A DNA stretch of 64,000 bases, taken from the sequence record NC_054927.1; one strand, written 5' to 3'. The notes under the pieces were generated by a model. That model searched no databases, was not told where the DNA came from, and saw nothing but the letters and a program-made list of their open reading frames with translations. The stretch's first letter is position 1; each line of letters begins with the position of its first letter. Origin of the DNA: Escherichia phage vB_EcoM_Ozark. Of this stretch, positions 20,997 through 40,303 are shown piece by piece. A program made the position numbers and the translations under genes.

Positions 20997-21863
20997 ATGT
21001 TCATTCAAGAACCAAAGAAATTGATTGATACCGGCGAAATTGGTAACGCTTCTACTGGTGATATCTTATTCGACGGTGGTAATAAAATTAATAGTGATTT
21101 TAACGCAATTTATAATGCGTTTGGCGATCAACGTAAAATGGCAGTAGCAAATGGCACTGGAGCAGATGGTCAAATTATCCATGCTACTGGATATTATCAA
21201 AAACACTCTATCGCAGAGTACGCAACTCCAGTAAAAGTTGGCACTAGGCATGATATTGATACCTCTACTGTAGGTGTTAAAGTTATCATTGAAAGAGGCG
21301 AACTCGGCGACTGCGTTGAATTTATTAACTCAAATGGATCAATATCAGTTACTAATCCTTTAACAATTCAAGCCATTGATTCAATTAAAGGTGTTTCAGG
21401 TAATTTAGTAGTAACTAGCCCATATAGTAAAGTAACTTTACGTTGTATTTCATCTGATAATTCTACATCGGTGTGGAATTATTCTATTGAAAGTATGTTT
21501 GGTCAAAAGGAATCACCAGCTGAAGGTACATGGAATATTTCTACATCCGGATCAGTTGATATTCCACTATTTCATCGTACTGAATATAACATGGCTAAAT
21601 TGTTAGTTACATGCCAATCAGTAGATGGAAGAAAAATTAAAACGGCAGAAATAAATATTCTTGTGGATACTGTTAATTCAGCGGTCATTTCTTCTGAATA
21701 TGCTGTCATGCGAGTTGGGAATGAAACCGAAGAAGACGAAATCGCTAATATTGCATTTAGTATTAAAGAAAATTATGTAACGGCGACTATAAGTTCTCCA
21801 ACTGTCGGTATGAGAGCAGCAGTTAAAGTTATCGCTACGCAGAAAATCGGGGTGGCTCAATAA
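20997..21863 (+). CDS. 9: baseplate wedge / long-tail-fibre attachment protein gp9
   Basis: 288 aa, RBS AGGAA; length and synteny. Confidence 0.9.
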   Translation: MFIQEPKKLIDTGEIGNASTGDILFDGGNKINSDFNAIYNAFGDQRKMAVANGTGADGQIIHATGYYQKHSIAEYATPVKVGTRHDIDTSTVGVKVIIERGELGDCVEFINSNGSISVTNPLTIQAIDSIKGVSGNLVVTSPYSKVTLRCISSDNSTSVWNYSIESMFGQKESPAEGTWNISTSGSVDIPLFHRTEYNMAKLLVTCQSVDGRKIKTAEINILVDTVNSAVISSEYAVMRVGNETEEDEIANIAFSIKENYVTATISSPTVGMRAAVKVIATQKIGVAQ

Positions 21864-23671
21864 TGAAACAAAATATTAATATCGGTAATGTTGTTGATGA
21901 TGGTACCGGTGACTACCTGCGTAAAGGTGGTATAAAAATAAATGAAAACTTTGATGAGCTTTATTATGAGCTTGGTGATGGAGATGTTCCATATTCAGCC
22001 GGTGCCTGGAAAACTTATGATGCTTCATCTGGCCAAACACTAAAAGCTGAGTGGGGAAAATCATACGCTATTAATACATCTTCTGGAAGAGTAACTATAA
22101 ATCTTCCAAAAGGAACTGTCAATGATTACAACAAGGTAATTAGAGCTAGAGACGTATTTGCTACATGGAACGTCAACCCAGTTACATTAGTAGCTGCTTC
22201 CGGCGATACGATTAAAGGGTCTGCAGTACCAGTTGAAATTAATGTTCAATTCAGCGATTTGGAATTAGTGTATTGCGCCCCAGGACGTTGGGAATATGTC
22301 AAAAATAAGCAAATTGACAAAATTACCAGTTCAGACATCAGTAATGTAGCTCGTAAAGAATTTTTAGTCGAAGTCCAAGGGCAAACAGACTTTTTAGATG
22401 TTTTCCGTGGAACTAGTTATAATGTAAATAACATCAGAGTAAAACATCGTGGTAACGAATTGTATTACGGCGATGTGTTTAGCGAAAACAGCGATTTTGG
22501 CTCTCCGGGCGAAAATGAAGGAGAACTAGTTCCTCTTGATGGATTTAATATTCGATTAAGACAGCCTTGTAATATTGGTGACACCGTTCAAATTGAAACA
22601 TTTATGGATGGTGTATCGCAGTGGAGAAGTTCATATACAAGACGTCAAATTAGATTGTTAGATTCAAAATTAACGTCAAAAACTTCTTTAGAAGGAAGTA
22701 TTTACGTTACTGATTTATCAACAATGAAATCAATTCCATTTTCTGCTTTTGGATTAATTCCAGGAGAACCTATTAATCCTAACTCTCTTGAGGTTCGTTT
22801 TAACGGGATTTTGCAGGAATTGGCTGGCACAGTTGGAATGCCATTATTTCATTGTGTTGGTGCCGATTCAGACGATGAAGTAGAATGCTCTGTTTTAGGT
22901 GGAACTTGGGAACAATCTCATACCGATTATTCAATTGAAACTGATGAAAACGGCATACCGGAAATTTTACATTTCGATAGAGTATTTGAGCATGGTGACA
23001 TTATCAATATCACCTGGTTTAATAATGATTTGGGTACATTATTAACAAAAGACGAGATTATTGATGAAACTGATAATCTCTATGTATCGCAAGGACCAGG
23101 GGTAGATATTTCCGGTGATGTAAATTTAACAGACTTCGATAAAATTGGTTGGCCAAATGTAGAAGCAGTTCAATCTTATCAACGCGAATTTAATGCTGTT
23201 TCAAATATCTTTGATACGATTTATCCTATTGGAACTATATATGAAAACGCTGTTAATCCAAATAACCCTGTTACATATATGGGATTCGGCTCATGGAAAT
23301 TATTCGGGCAAGGAAAAGTTTTAGTTGGATGGAATGAAGATATTTCGGACCCTAACTTTGCTCTAAATAACAACGATTTAGATTCGGGTGGAAATCCTTC
23401 GCATACTGCAGGTGGAACAGGTGGTTCTACTTCTGTTACATTGGAAAATGCTAATCTTCCTGCAACTGAGACAGATGAAGAAGTTCTAATAGTTGATGAA
23501 AATGGATCAGTCATTGTTGGTGGGTGTCAATACGATCCAGATGAGTCTGGTCCGGTTTACACGAAATACCGTGAAGCTAAAGCATCTACTAACTCTACTC
23601 ACACTCCGCCAACATCAATAACTAACATTCAACCATATATTACAGTTTATCGTTGGATAAGGATTGCATAA
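21863..23671 (+). CDS. 10: baseplate wedge / short-tail-fibre attachment protein gp10
   Basis: 602 aa; length and synteny. Confidence 0.9.
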   Translation: MKQNINIGNVVDDGTGDYLRKGGIKINENFDELYYELGDGDVPYSAGAWKTYDASSGQTLKAEWGKSYAINTSSGRVTINLPKGTVNDYNKVIRARDVFATWNVNPVTLVAASGDTIKGSAVPVEINVQFSDLELVYCAPGRWEYVKNKQIDKITSSDISNVARKEFLVEVQGQTDFLDVFRGTSYNVNNIRVKHRGNELYYGDVFSENSDFGSPGENEGELVPLDGFNIRLRQPCNIGDTVQIETFMDGVSQWRSSYTRRQIRLLDSKLTSKTSLEGSIYVTDLSTMKSIPFSAFGLIPGEPINPNSLEVRFNGILQELAGTVGMPLFHCVGADSDDEVECSVLGGTWEQSHTDYSIETDENGIPEILHFDRVFEHGDIINITWFNNDLGTLLTKDEIIDETDNLYVSQGPGVDISGDVNLTDFDKIGWPNVEAVQSYQREFNAVSNIFDTIYPIGTIYENAVNPNNPVTYMGFGSWKLFGQGKVLVGWNEDISDPNFALNNNDLDSGGNPSHTAGGTGGSTSVTLENANLPATETDEEVLIVDENGSVIVGGCQYDPDESGPVYTKYREAKASTNSTHTPPTSITNIQPYITVYRWIRIA

Positions 23672-24330
23672 TGAGTTTACTTAATAATAAAGCGGGAGTT
23701 ATTTCCCGCTTAGCCGATTTTCTTGGTTTTAGACCTAAAGCTGGTAATATAGATGTAATGAATCGTCAATCAGTTGGGTCAGTGACAATTTCTCAATTAG
23801 CGAAAGGATTTTATGAACCAAACGTAGAATCAGCTATTAATGACGTTCATAATTTTTCTATAAAAGACGTTGGTACAATTATTACTAATAAAACTGGTGT
23901 TTCTCCTGAGGGTGTTTCTCAAACTGATTATTGGGCATTTTCTGGAACTGTAACAGACGATTCTCTTCCTCCGGGTTCTCCTGTTACAGTATTAGTATTC
24001 GGTCTTCCAGTTTCAGCAACAACCGGAATGACAGCTATTGAGTTTGTCGCCAAAGTTCGTGTTGCTCTACAAGAAGCTATTGCGTCATTTACTGCTATCA
24101 ATTCATATAAAGACCATCCAACTGACGGTAGTAAATTAGAAGTTACTTATTTAGATAATCAAAAACATGTATTAAGCACATATTCTACATATGGAATAAC
24201 TATTTCCCAAGAAATTATTTCCGAATCTAAGCCTGGATATGGCACATGGAATTTGCTTGGTGCACAAACTGTAACTTTAGATAATCAGCAAACTCCAATA
24301 GTACTTTATCATTTTGAGAGAACAGCATGA
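23671..24330 (+). CDS. 11: baseplate wedge protein gp11
   Basis: Track ORF starts at TTG; ATG at 23671 gives [13 protein letters not shown]..., 219 aa as T4 gp11; 1-nt overlap with gene 10 stop. Confidence 0.9.
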   Translation: MSLLNNKAGVISRLADFLGFRPKAGNIDVMNRQSVGSVTISQLAKGFYEPNVESAINDVHNFSIKDVGTIITNKTGVSPEGVSQTDYWAFSGTVTDDSLPPGSPVTVLVFGLPVSATTGMTAIEFVAKVRVALQEAIASFTAINSYKDHPTDGSKLEVTYLDNQKHVLSTYSTYGITISQEIISESKPGYGTWNLLGAQTVTLDNQQTPIVLYHFERTA

Positions 24331-25910
24331 GTAATAATACATACCAACACGTTTCTAATGAATCTCGTTATGTAAAATTTGATCCTACCGATACGAATTT
24401 TCCACCAGAGATTACTGATGTTCAGGCTGCTATAGCAGCCATTTCTCCTGCTGGTGTAAATGGAGTTCCTGATGCATCATCAACAACAAAAGGAATTTTA
24501 TTTCTTGCCACTGAACAGGAAGTTATCGACGGAACTGATAATACCAAAGCAGTTACACCAGCAACGTTGGCAACAAGATTATCATATCCAAACGCAACTG
24601 AAACTGTTTACGGATTAACAAGATATTCAACCAATGATGAAGCCATTGCCGGAGTTAATAATGAATCTTCTATAACTCCAGCTAAATTTACTGTTGCCCT
24701 TAATAATGCCTTTGAAACACGAGTTTCAACTGAATCCTCGAATGGTGTTATTAAAATTTCATCTCTACCACAAGCATTAGCTGGTGCAGATGATACTACT
24801 GCAATGACTCCATTAAAAACACAACAGTTAGCTATTAAATTAATTGCGCAAATTGCTCCTTCTGAAACCACAGCTACAGAGTCTGACCAGGGTGTTGTTC
24901 AATTAGCAACAGTAGCTCAAGTTCGTCAGGGAACTTTAAGAGAAGGCTATGCAATTTCTCCTTATACGTTTATGAATTCTACTGCTACTGAAGAGTATAA
25001 AGGTGTAATTAAATTAGGAACACAGTCAGAAGTTAACTCGAATAATGCTTCAGTAGCAGTTACTGGCGCAACTCTTAATGGTCGTGGTTCTACAACGTCA
25101 ATGAGAGGCGTAGTTAGATTAACAACAACCGCTGGTTCACAAAGCGGAGGTGATGCTTCATCAGCATTAGCTTGGAATGCTGACGTTATCCACCAAAGAG
25201 GTGGTCAAACGATTAATGGAACACTCCGCATTAATAACACGCTCACGATAGCTTCAGGCGGAGCAAATATTACCGGCACAGTTAACATGACCGGTGGTTA
25301 TATTCAAGGTAAGCGTGTCGTAACACAAAATGAAATTGATAGAACTATTCCTGTCGGAGCTATTATGATGTGGGCCGCTGATAGTCTTCCTAGTGATGCT
25401 TGGCGTTTTTGCCACGGTGGAACTGTTTCAGCTTCAGATTGTCCATTATATGCTTCTAGAATTGGAACAAGATATGGCGGAAGCTCATCAAATCCTGGAT
25501 TGCCTGACATGCGTGGTCTTTTTGTTCGTGGCTCTGGACGTGGCTCTCACTTAACGAATCCAAATGTTAATGGTAATGACCAATTTGGTAAGCCTAGATT
25601 AGGTGTAGGTTGTACCGGTGGATATGTCGGTGAAGTACAAAAACAACAGATGTCTTATCATAAACATGCGGGCGGATTTGGTGAATGGGATGATTCTGGG
25701 GCATTCGGTAATACCCGTAGATCAAATTTTGTTGGTACACGTAAAGGACTTGACTGGGATAACCGTTCATACTTCACCAATGATGGATATGAAATTGACC
25801 CAGCATCACAACGAAATTCCAGATATACATTAAATCGTCCCGAATTAATTGGAAATGAAACACGTCCATGGAACATTTCTTTAAACTACATAATTAAGGT
25901 AAAAGAATGA
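24327..25910 (+). CDS. 12: short tail fibre gp12
   Basis: 527 aa; length and synteny. Confidence 0.9.
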   Translation: MSNNTYQHVSNESRYVKFDPTDTNFPPEITDVQAAIAAISPAGVNGVPDASSTTKGILFLATEQEVIDGTDNTKAVTPATLATRLSYPNATETVYGLTRYSTNDEAIAGVNNESSITPAKFTVALNNAFETRVSTESSNGVIKISSLPQALAGADDTTAMTPLKTQQLAIKLIAQIAPSETTATESDQGVVQLATVAQVRQGTLREGYAISPYTFMNSTATEEYKGVIKLGTQSEVNSNNASVAVTGATLNGRGSTTSMRGVVRLTTTAGSQSGGDASSALAWNADVIHQRGGQTINGTLRINNTLTIASGGANITGTVNMTGGYIQGKRVVTQNEIDRTIPVGAIMMWAADSLPSDAWRFCHGGTVSASDCPLYASRIGTRYGGSSSNPGLPDMRGLFVRGSGRGSHLTNPNVNGNDQFGKPRLGVGCTGGYVGEVQKQQMSYHKHAGGFGEWDDSGAFGNTRRSNFVGTRKGLDWDNRSYFTNDGYEIDPASQRNSRYTLNRPELIGNETRPWNISLNYIIKVKE

Positions 25911-27370
25911 CAGATATTGTACTGAATGACTTACCATTCGTTGACGGCCCTCCTGCAGAGGGCCAGAGCCGCATTTCCTGGATTAAAAACGGCGAAGAAA
26001 TATTAGGAGCTGACACACAATATGGAAGTGAAGGCTCAATGAATAGGCCCACAGTTTCTGTATTAAGAAATGTTGAAGTTCTCGATAAAAACATCGGAAT
26101 ACTTAAAACATCTTTAGAAACCGCAAATAGTGATATTAAAACAATTCAGGGCATCTTAGATGTATCTGGTGATATTGAAGCTTTGGCCCAAATAGGTATC
26201 AATAAAAAGGATATTTCTGACCTCAAAACGCTAACCAGTGAACACACAGAAATATTAAATGGAACTAATAGTACGGTTGACAGCATTCTTGCAGATATTG
26301 GTCCATTTAACTCCGAGGCCAACTCTGTATACAGAACAATCAGAAATGATTTACTGTGGATAAAGCGTGAACTTGGACAATACACAGGTCAAGATATTAA
26401 TGGTCTTCCTGTTGTAGGAAATCCTAGTAGTGGAATGAAGCATCGCATTATTAATAATACTGATGTCATTACTTCACAGGGAATACGTTTAAGCGAATTA
26501 GAAACAAAATTTATTGAATCTGATGTAGGTTCTTTGACTATTGAAGTTGGCAATCTTCGTGAAGAGCTTGGACCGAAACCGCCGTCATTTTCCCAAACTG
26601 TTTATAGTCGTTTAAATGAAATTGACACTAAACAGACAACAGTTGAGTCTGACATTAGTGCTATTAAGACCTCAATAGGATATCCGGGAAATAATTCGAT
26701 TATTACGAGTGTTAATACAAACACTGATAATATTGCATCTATTAATTTAGAGCTAAATCAAAGTGGAGGTATTAAACAGCGTTTAACCGCTATAGAAACT
26801 TCTATCGGTTCAGATGATATTCCTTCGAGTATTAAAGGACAAATTAAAGATAATACAACTTCAATCGAAGCTCTAAACGGAATTGTAGGTGAAAACACTT
26901 CATCTGGTTTAAGAGCGAATGTTTCATGGTTAAACCAAATTGTTGGAACTGATTCTAGCGGTGGACAACCGTCTCCTCCTGGGTCTCTTTTAAACCGAGT
27001 TTCTACAATTGAAACTTCTGTTTCAGGCTTGAATAACGATGTTCAAAACCTACAAGTAGAGATTGGGAATAACAGCACAGGAATTAAAGGGCAAGTTGTA
27101 GCGTTAAATACTTTAGTAAATGGAACTAATCCAAATGGTTCAACTGTCGAAGAACGCGGATTAACCAATTCAATAAAAGCTAACGAAACCAACATTGCAT
27201 CAGTTACACAAGAAGTGAATACAGCTAAAGGCAATATATCTTCTTTACAAGACGATGTTCAAGCTCTTCAAGAAGCAGGTTATATTCCTGAAGCTCCAAA
27301 AGATGGCCAAGCTTACGTTCGTAAAGACGGCGAATGGGTATTACTTTCTACCTTTTTATCACCAGCATAA
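25907..27370 (+). CDS. wac: fibritin (whisker antigen control)
   Basis: 487 aa; coiled-coil repeats and C-terminal foldon [27 protein letters not shown]. Confidence 0.95.
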   Translation: MTDIVLNDLPFVDGPPAEGQSRISWIKNGEEILGADTQYGSEGSMNRPTVSVLRNVEVLDKNIGILKTSLETANSDIKTIQGILDVSGDIEALAQIGINKKDISDLKTLTSEHTEILNGTNSTVDSILADIGPFNSEANSVYRTIRNDLLWIKRELGQYTGQDINGLPVVGNPSSGMKHRIINNTDVITSQGIRLSELETKFIESDVGSLTIEVGNLREELGPKPPSFSQTVYSRLNEIDTKQTTVESDISAIKTSIGYPGNNSIITSVNTNTDNIASINLELNQSGGIKQRLTAIETSIGSDDIPSSIKGQIKDNTTSIEALNGIVGENTSSGLRANVSWLNQIVGTDSSGGQPSPPGSLLNRVSTIETSVSGLNNDVQNLQVEIGNNSTGIKGQVVALNTLVNGTNPNGSTVEERGLTNSIKANETNIASVTQEVNTAKGNISSLQDDVQALQEAGYIPEAPKDGQAYVRKDGEWVLLSTFLSPA

Positions 27371-27402
27371 CATGGGGCCGCAAGGCCCCAAAGGATTTTT
27401 AA

Positions 27403-29104
<1,702 letters not shown>

Positions 29105-29145
29105 TAAATATTATAAACTAATTAAAGCCCAGATTAGGAGAAATC

Positions 29146-32283
<3,138 letters not shown>

Positions 32284-32314
32284 ATATATTAAAGCATATT
32301 AAAGAGGATTAAAA

Positions 32315-34294
32315 ATGACTTTATTATCTCCGGGCATTGAGCTCAAAGAAACTACGGTTCAAAGCACCGTGGTTAATAACTCTACTGGTACAGCAGCTTT
32401 GGCCGGTAAATTCCAGTGGGGTCCTGCTTTTCAGATTAAACAGGTTACAAATGAAGTAGATTTAGTTAATACTTTTGGTCAACCAACCGCTGAAACTGCT
32501 GACTATTTTATGTCTGCGATGAATTTCTTGCAGTACGGAAATGACTTACGAGTTGTTCGTGCTGTCGATAGAGATACCGCTAAAAACTCATCTCCGATTG
32601 CTGGTAATATTGAATACACAATTTCTACCCCAGGTAGTAACTATGCGGTTGGAGATAAAATCACGGTCAAATATGTTTCAGATGATATTGAAACTGAAGG
32701 TAAAATCACCGAAGTAGATGCTGATGGAAAAATCAAGAAAATTAGTATTCCTACTGCAAAAATTATCGCTAAAGCGAAAGAAGTCGGTGAATATCCAACA
32801 CTAGGTTCTAACTGGACTGCGGAAATTTCTTCGTCTTCCTCTGGTTTAGCTGCAGTAATAACTCTTGGAAAAATTATTACTGATTCTGGTATTTTATTAG
32901 CTGAAATTGAAAATGCTGAAGCTGCTATAACAGCAGTTGACTTTCAAGCAAATCTCGAAAAATACGGAATTCCAGGAGTAGTAGCTCTTTATCCAGGCGA
33001 ATTAGGCGATAAAATTGAAATTGAAATCGTATCTAAAGCTGACTATGCAAAAGGAGCTTCTGCATTACTCCCAATTTATCCAGGTGGTGGTACTCGTGCA
33101 TCTACTGCCAAAGCAGTGTTTGGATATGGACCGCAAACTGATTCACAGTACGCTATTATAGTTCGTCGTAATGATGCTATTGTTCAAAGCGTTGTTCTTT
33201 CAACTAAGCGTGGTGAAAAAGATATTTACGATAGTAACATCTATATCGATGACTTTTTCGCAAAAGGTGGTTCAGAATATATTTTTGCAACTGCACAAAA
33301 CTGGCCAGAAGGCTTCTCTGGAATTTTAACTCTGTCTGGTGGATTATCATCAAATGCTGAAGTAACAGCAGGAGATTTGATGGAAGCTTGGGACTTCTTT
33401 GCTGACCGTGAATCTGTTGACGTTCAACTGTTTATTGCGGGTTCTTGTGCCGGTGAATCTTTAGAAACAGCATCTACTGTCCAAAAACATGTTGTTTCAA
33501 TCGGGGATGCTCGTCAAGATTGCTTAGTATTGTGCTCTCCTCCGCGTGAAACTGTAGTTGGAATTCCTGTAACTCGTGCTGTTGATAACTTAGTCAATTG
33601 GAGAACTGCGGCAGGTTCATACACTGATAATAACTTTAATATCAGTTCAACCTATGCAGCAATCGACGGCAACTACAAATATCAGTATGACAAATATAAT
33701 GATGTGAATCGTTGGGTTCCATTAGCAGCTGATATTGCTGGTTTATGCGCAAGAACTGATAACGTTTCTCAAACTTGGATGTCTCCAGCTGGTTATAATC
33801 GTGGCCAGATTCTTAACGTTATTAAACTTGCTATTGAAACTCGCCAAGCTCAGCGCGACCGTTTATACCAAGAAGCTATTAACCCGGTAACTGGTACAGG
33901 TGGCGATGGTTACGTATTGTATGGTGATAAAACAGCTACTTCTGTTCCTTCTCCGTTTGATCGTATTAACGTTCGTCGTCTGTTTAATATGTTGAAAACG
34001 AATATCGGACGTAGTTCAAAATATCGTTTGTTCGAATTAAACAACGCGTTTACTCGTTCATCATTCCGCACAGAAACTGCCCAGTACTTACAGGGAATTA
34101 AAGCTCTCGGTGGAATTTATGAATATCGTGTAGTTTGCGATACAACAAATAACACTCCGTCAGTAATTGATAGAAATGAGTTTGTTGCAACATTCTACAT
34201 CCAACCTGCGCGCAGTATAAATTATATTACTTTGAATTTCGTCGCAACTGCTACTGGTGCAGACTTCGATGAGTTAACTGGTCTTGCAGGTTAA
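32315..34294 (+). CDS. 18: tail sheath protein gp18
   Basis: 659 aa; late promoter tataaata near 32279; RBS AGAGG. Confidence 0.95.
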   Translation: MTLLSPGIELKETTVQSTVVNNSTGTAALAGKFQWGPAFQIKQVTNEVDLVNTFGQPTAETADYFMSAMNFLQYGNDLRVVRAVDRDTAKNSSPIAGNIEYTISTPGSNYAVGDKITVKYVSDDIETEGKITEVDADGKIKKISIPTAKIIAKAKEVGEYPTLGSNWTAEISSSSSGLAAVITLGKIITDSGILLAEIENAEAAITAVDFQANLEKYGIPGVVALYPGELGDKIEIEIVSKADYAKGASALLPIYPGGGTRASTAKAVFGYGPQTDSQYAIIVRRNDAIVQSVVLSTKRGEKDIYDSNIYIDDFFAKGGSEYIFATAQNWPEGFSGILTLSGGLSSNAEVTAGDLMEAWDFFADRESVDVQLFIAGSCAGESLETASTVQKHVVSIGDARQDCLVLCSPPRETVVGIPVTRAVDNLVNWRTAAGSYTDNNFNISSTYAAIDGNYKYQYDKYNDVNRWVPLAADIAGLCARTDNVSQTWMSPAGYNRGQILNVIKLAIETRQAQRDRLYQEAINPVTGTGGDGYVLYGDKTATSVPSPFDRINVRRLFNMLKTNIGRSSKYRLFELNNAFTRSSFRTETAQYLQGIKALGGIYEYRVVCDTTNNTPSVIDRNEFVATFYIQPARSINYITLNFVATATGADFDELTGLAG

Positions 34295-34410
34295 TACGGT
34301 GCATTCTAAAGGCCTGTTTCGGCAGGCCATATAAATACACTATATCCTTAATTCTTTAATTCTATATGCCCTAGGTTAAACATAGGGATATAAATACTAC
34401 AGAGGCTAAT

Positions 34411-34902
34411 ATGTTTGTAGATGATGTAACACGAGCGTTTGAATCTGGTGATTTTGCTCGACCTAACTTATTCCAAGTAGAAATTTCTTATCTTGGACAA
34501 AATTTTACGTTCCAATGTAAAGCTACTGCTCTACCAGCTGGTATTGTAGAAAAAATTCCAGTCGGATTTATGAACCGTAAAATTAACGTAGCAGGCGATC
34601 GTACATTCGATGACTGGACTGTTACAGTAATGAACGATGAAGCTCATGATGCTCGCCAGAAGTTCGTTGATTGGCAAAGCATTGCTGCGGGGCAAGGAAA
34701 CGAAATTACTGGTGGAAAACCTGCAGAGTATAAAAAGAGCGCTATTGTTCGCCAATATGCTCGTGACGCTAAAACAGTAACAAAAGAAATTGAAATTAAA
34801 GGCTTGTGGCCTACTAACGTGGGTGAACTTCAATTAGATTGGGATTCAAACAATGAAATCCAAACCTTTGAAGTAACTCTTGCTCTCGATTATTGGGAAT
34901 AA
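34411..34902 (+). CDS. 19: tail tube protein gp19
   Basis: 163 aa; late promoter tataaata near 34389; RBS AGAGG. Confidence 0.9.
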   Translation: MFVDDVTRAFESGDFARPNLFQVEISYLGQNFTFQCKATALPAGIVEKIPVGFMNRKINVAGDRTFDDWTVTVMNDEAHDARQKFVDWQSIAAGQGNEITGGKPAEYKKSAIVRQYARDAKTVTKEIEIKGLWPTNVGELQLDWDSNNEIQTFEVTLALDYWE

Positions 34903-34934
34903 AATGAATGGGGAGAAATCCCCATCCTGCTTAA

Positions 34935-36559
<1,625 letters not shown>

Positions 36560-36560
<1 letters not shown>

Positions 36561-36808
36561 TGGAAGGTTTAATTGAAGCTATTAAATCAAACGACCTCGT
36601 AGCCGCTCGTAAATTATTTGCTGAAGCCATGGCTGCAAGAACGATTGATTTAATTAAAGAAGAAAAAATCGCTATCGCTCGTAATTTCTTAATCGAAGGT
36701 GAAGAACCTGAAGACGAGGATGAAGATGATGACGAAGATAGCGATGATAAAGACGACAAAAAAGACAAAGACTCTGACGAAGATGACGAAGACGAGGATG
36801 ATGAATAA
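36560..36808 (+). CDS. 67: prohead core protein gp67
   Basis: 82 aa with strongly acidic Asp/Glu-rich C-terminal tail; synteny. Confidence 0.8.
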
Positions 36809-37233
36809 TGCTTCTGATCCCTGAAACTCATGAATTAGTTCTCGAGAATGTCGAAGCACTTATTCCTGAAGCACAGGGTCGCTTTGACGAATTGTCTTCT
36901 GCTTTAAATAAAGACGATATAAATACAATTGTCGAGAATATGCTTGATGATGAAACTGATTTAGCGGTTGCATTAGCTTCTATTAATGAAAATATGCCGT
37001 TAAATGAATTTATCGTTAAACATGTTTCTGCCCGTGGTGAAATTACTCGCACTAAAGATCGCAAAACGCGTGAACGTAATGCATTTCAAACCACTGGGCT
37101 GTCTAAAGCAAAACGTAGACAAATTGCTCGTAAAGCTACCAAAACGAAGATTGCCAATCCAGCAGGTCAATCTCGTGCTCAGCGTAAGCGTAAAAAAGCT
37201 CTTAAACGCCGTAAAGCATTAGGATTAAGCTAA
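36808..37233 (+). CDS. 68: prohead core protein gp68
   Basis: 141 aa, basic C-terminus; synteny. Confidence 0.8.
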
Positions 37234-37871
37234 TGAATGAACCCCAATTACTAATTGAAACTTGGGGTCAACCTGGCGAAATTATTGATGGTGTGCCAAT
37301 GCTCGAATCCCACGATGGAAAAGACTTAGGTTTAAAACCGGGTTTATACATCGAAGGAATATTCATGCAAGCGGAAGTCGTCAATAGAAATAAACGTCTT
37401 TATCCAAAACGCATATTAGAAAAAGCGGTAAAAGACTATATTAATGAGCAAGTTTTAACTAAACAAGCTCTCGGAGAATTAAATCATCCTCCACGCGCTA
37501 ATGTTGACCCAATGCAAGCCGCTATCATTATAGAAGATATGTGGTGGAAAGGAAATGACGTATACGGACGAGCTCGTGTTATTGAAGGTGACCACGGTCC
37601 TGGAGATAAATTAGCAGCTAATATTCGTGCCGGATGGATTCCAGGAGTTTCTTCTCGTGGATTAGGTTCATTGACTGACACAAATAAAGGTTATCGTATC
37701 GTAAACGAAGGATTCAAATTAACTGTAGGTGTTGATGCAGTATGGGGTCCAAGTGCTCCAGATGCATGGGTAACTCCTAAGGAAATTACCGAATCACAGA
37801 CGGCGGAAGCCGATACAAGTGCCGATGACGCCTATATGGCTCTCGCAGAGGCCATGAAAAAAGCGTTATAA
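37233..37871 (+). CDS. 21: prohead core protease gp21
   Basis: 212 aa; length and synteny. Confidence 0.9.
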   Translation: MNEPQLLIETWGQPGEIIDGVPMLESHDGKDLGLKPGLYIEGIFMQAEVVNRNKRLYPKRILEKAVKDYINEQVLTKQALGELNHPPRANVDPMQAAIIIEDMWWKGNDVYGRARVIEGDHGPGDKLAANIRAGWIPGVSSRGLGSLTDTNKGYRIVNEGFKLTVGVDAVWGPSAPDAWVTPKEITESQTAEADTSADDAYMALAEAMKKAL

Positions 37872-37901
37872 ATATTATTATCTAAACAACAGGACTACAA
37901 A

Positions 37902-38711
37902 ATGCTTAAAGAACAACTGATTGCCGAAGCGCAGAAAATTGATGCTTCCGTTGCTCTTGATAGTATTTTCGAATCAGTTAATATTTCTCCGGAAGCAAAA
38001 GAAACTTTCGGCACTGTATTCGAAGCTACCGTCAAGCAGCACGCCGTTAAATTAGCTGAATCTCATATCGCTAAAATTGCTGAAAAAGCAGAAGAAGAAG
38101 TAGAAAAAAATAAAGAAGAAGCCGAAGAAAAAGCTGAGAAGAAAATCGCTGAGCAAGCTTCTAAATTCATTGACCATCTTGCAAAAGAATGGCTCGCTGA
38201 AAATAAATTAGCAGTTGATAAAGGCATCAAAGCCGAACTGTTTGAATCCATGCTTGGTGGATTAAAAGAGCTCTTTGTTGAACACAACGTTGTTGTTCCA
38301 GAAGAATCAGTTGATGTTGTAGCTGAAATGGAAGAAGAGCTGCAAGAACATAAAGAAGAATCAGCTCGTCTGTTCGAAGAACTCAATATGCGCGACGCAT
38401 ATATCAATTATGTGCAGCGTGAAGTGGCATTGAGCGAAAGTACTAAAGATCTGACTGAGTCTCAAAAAGAAAAAGTCTCTGCTCTGGTCGAAGGTATGGA
38501 TTATTCAGATGAATTCTCAAATAAATTGAGTGCCATCGTAGAAATGGTGAAGAAGTCTAATAAAGATGAAAGCACTATTACTGAGGGTATAAATACTCCT
38601 GATACTGAAGCAGCCGGACTAAATTTCGTCACTGAAGCTGTAGAAGATAAATCTGCATCTGGTGCAGAAGATATTGTAAGTGTATATGCGAAAGTCGCAT
38701 CTCGTTTCTAA
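37902..38711 (+). CDS. 22: prohead scaffold protein gp22
   Basis: 269 aa acidic coiled-coil protein; late promoter tataaata near 37867. Confidence 0.85.
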   Translation: MLKEQLIAEAQKIDASVALDSIFESVNISPEAKETFGTVFEATVKQHAVKLAESHIAKIAEKAEEEVEKNKEEAEEKAEKKIAEQASKFIDHLAKEWLAENKLAVDKGIKAELFESMLGGLKELFVEHNVVVPEESVDVVAEMEEELQEHKEESARLFEELNMRDAYINYVQREVALSESTKDLTESQKEKVSALVEGMDYSDEFSNKLSAIVEMVKKSNKDESTITEGINTPDTEAAGLNFVTEAVEDKSASGAEDIVSVYAKVASRF

Positions 38712-38729
38712 TTTTAAAGGTTAACACAA

Positions 38730-40295
38730 ATGACTATCAAAACTAAAGCTGAACTTTTGAACAAATGGAAGCCATTACTGGAAGGTGAAGGTTTACCGGA
38801 AATTGCTAATAGCAAACAAGCGATTATCGCTAAAATCTTTGAAAACCAGGAAAAAGATTTCCAGACAGCTCCGGAATATAAAGACGAAAAAATTGCTCAG
38901 GCATTCGGTTCTTTCTTAACAGAAGCTGAAATCGGTGGTGACCACGGTTACAATGCTACCAACATCGCTGCAGGTCAGACTTCTGGCGCAGTAACTCAGA
39001 TTGGCCCGGCTGTTATGGGTATGGTACGTCGTGCTATTCCTAACCTGATTGCTTTCGATATTTGCGGTGTTCAACCGATGAGCAGCCCAACCGGTCAGGT
39101 ATTCGCACTCCGCGCGGTATATGGTAAAGATCCGATCGCTGCCGGTGCTAAAGAAGCATTCCACCCAATGTATGGTCCAGATGCAATGTTCTCTGGTCAG
39201 GGTGCTGCTAAGAAATTCCCAGCTCTGGCTGCTAGCACACAAACCACAGTAGGTGATATCTATACTCACTTCTTCCAGGACACTGGTACTGTGTATCTGC
39301 AAGCTTCTGTTCAAGTAACAATCGATGCTGGTGCGACTGATGCTGCTAAATTAGATGCTGAAATTAAGAAACAAATGGAAGCTGGTGCACTGGTAGAAAT
39401 CGCTGAAGGTATGGCTACTTCTATCGCTGAACTCCAGGAAGGTTTCAACGGTTCTACCGATAACCCATGGAATGAAATGGGCTTCCGTATCGATAAACAA
39501 GTTATCGAAGCTAAATCTCGCCAGCTGAAAGCTGCTTACTCTATCGAATTAGCACAAGACCTCCGCGCTGTTCACGGTATGGATGCTGATGCCGAACTGT
39601 CTGGTATTCTGGCTACCGAAATCATGCTGGAAATCAACCGTGAAGTTGTTGATTGGATTAACTACTCGGCTCAGGTTGGTAAATCTGGTATGACCCTGAC
39701 TCCAGGTTCTAAAGCTGGTGTATTTGACTTCCAGGATCCGATTGATATTCGTGGTGCTCGCTGGGCGGGTGAATCCTTTAAAGCTCTGTTGTTCCAGATT
39801 GACAAAGAAGCAGTTGAAATTGCTCGTCAGACCGGTCGTGGTGAAGGTAACTTCATTATCGCTTCCCGTAACGTAGTTAACGTTCTGGCTTCAGTTGATA
39901 CTGGCATTTCTTATGCTGCACAGGGTCTGGCTACCGGCTTTAACACTGATACTACCAAGTCAGTATTTGCTGGTGTTCTGGGTGGTAAATACCGTGTATA
40001 TATCGACCAGTATGCTAAACAGGATTATTTCACTGTAGGTTATAAAGGTCCGAACGAAATGGATGCTGGTATTTACTATGCTCCATATGTAGCTCTGACT
40101 CCGCTGCGTGGTTCCGATCCGAAGAACTTCCAACCAGTAATGGGATTCAAAACTCGTTACGGTATCGGTATCAACCCATTTGCAGAATCCGCTGCTCAGG
40201 CTCCGGCTTCTCGCATTCAAAGCGGTATGCCTTCTATTCTGAATAGCCTTGGTAAAAACGCTTACTTCCGCCGTGTATATGTTAAAGGTATCTAA
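38730..40295 (+). CDS. 23: major capsid protein gp23
   Basis: 521 aa; N-terminus MTIKTKAELLNKWKPLLEGEG... as T4 gp23; strongly E. coli-optimal codon usage. Confidence 0.97.
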   Translation: MTIKTKAELLNKWKPLLEGEGLPEIANSKQAIIAKIFENQEKDFQTAPEYKDEKIAQAFGSFLTEAEIGGDHGYNATNIAAGQTSGAVTQIGPAVMGMVRRAIPNLIAFDICGVQPMSSPTGQVFALRAVYGKDPIAAGAKEAFHPMYGPDAMFSGQGAAKKFPALAASTQTTVGDIYTHFFQDTGTVYLQASVQVTIDAGATDAAKLDAEIKKQMEAGALVEIAEGMATSIAELQEGFNGSTDNPWNEMGFRIDKQVIEAKSRQLKAAYSIELAQDLRAVHGMDADAELSGILATEIMLEINREVVDWINYSAQVGKSGMTLTPGSKAGVFDFQDPIDIRGARWAGESFKALLFQIDKEAVEIARQTGRGEGNFIIASRNVVNVLASVDTGISYAAQGLATGFNTDTTKSVFAGVLGGKYRVYIDQYAKQDYFTVGYKGPNEMDAGIYYAPYVALTPLRGSDPKNFQPVMGFKTRYGIGINPFAESAAQAPASRIQSGMPSILNSLGKNAYFRRVYVKGI

Positions 40296-40303
40296 TCTTT
40301 GAC

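Noticed and set aside
14566-27234. Numerous short antisense or out-of-frame ORFs inside large structural genes (e.g. 14566..14784, 18636..19025, 24608..24871, 26146..26385)
   Set aside because: Each is fully embedded in a long, well-supported structural gene on the other strand or frame and lacks start signals.
38063-38407. Minus-strand Ser-rich ORF inside gene 22
   Set aside because: Antisense reading of a Glu/Lys/Ala-rich coding region; no start signals.
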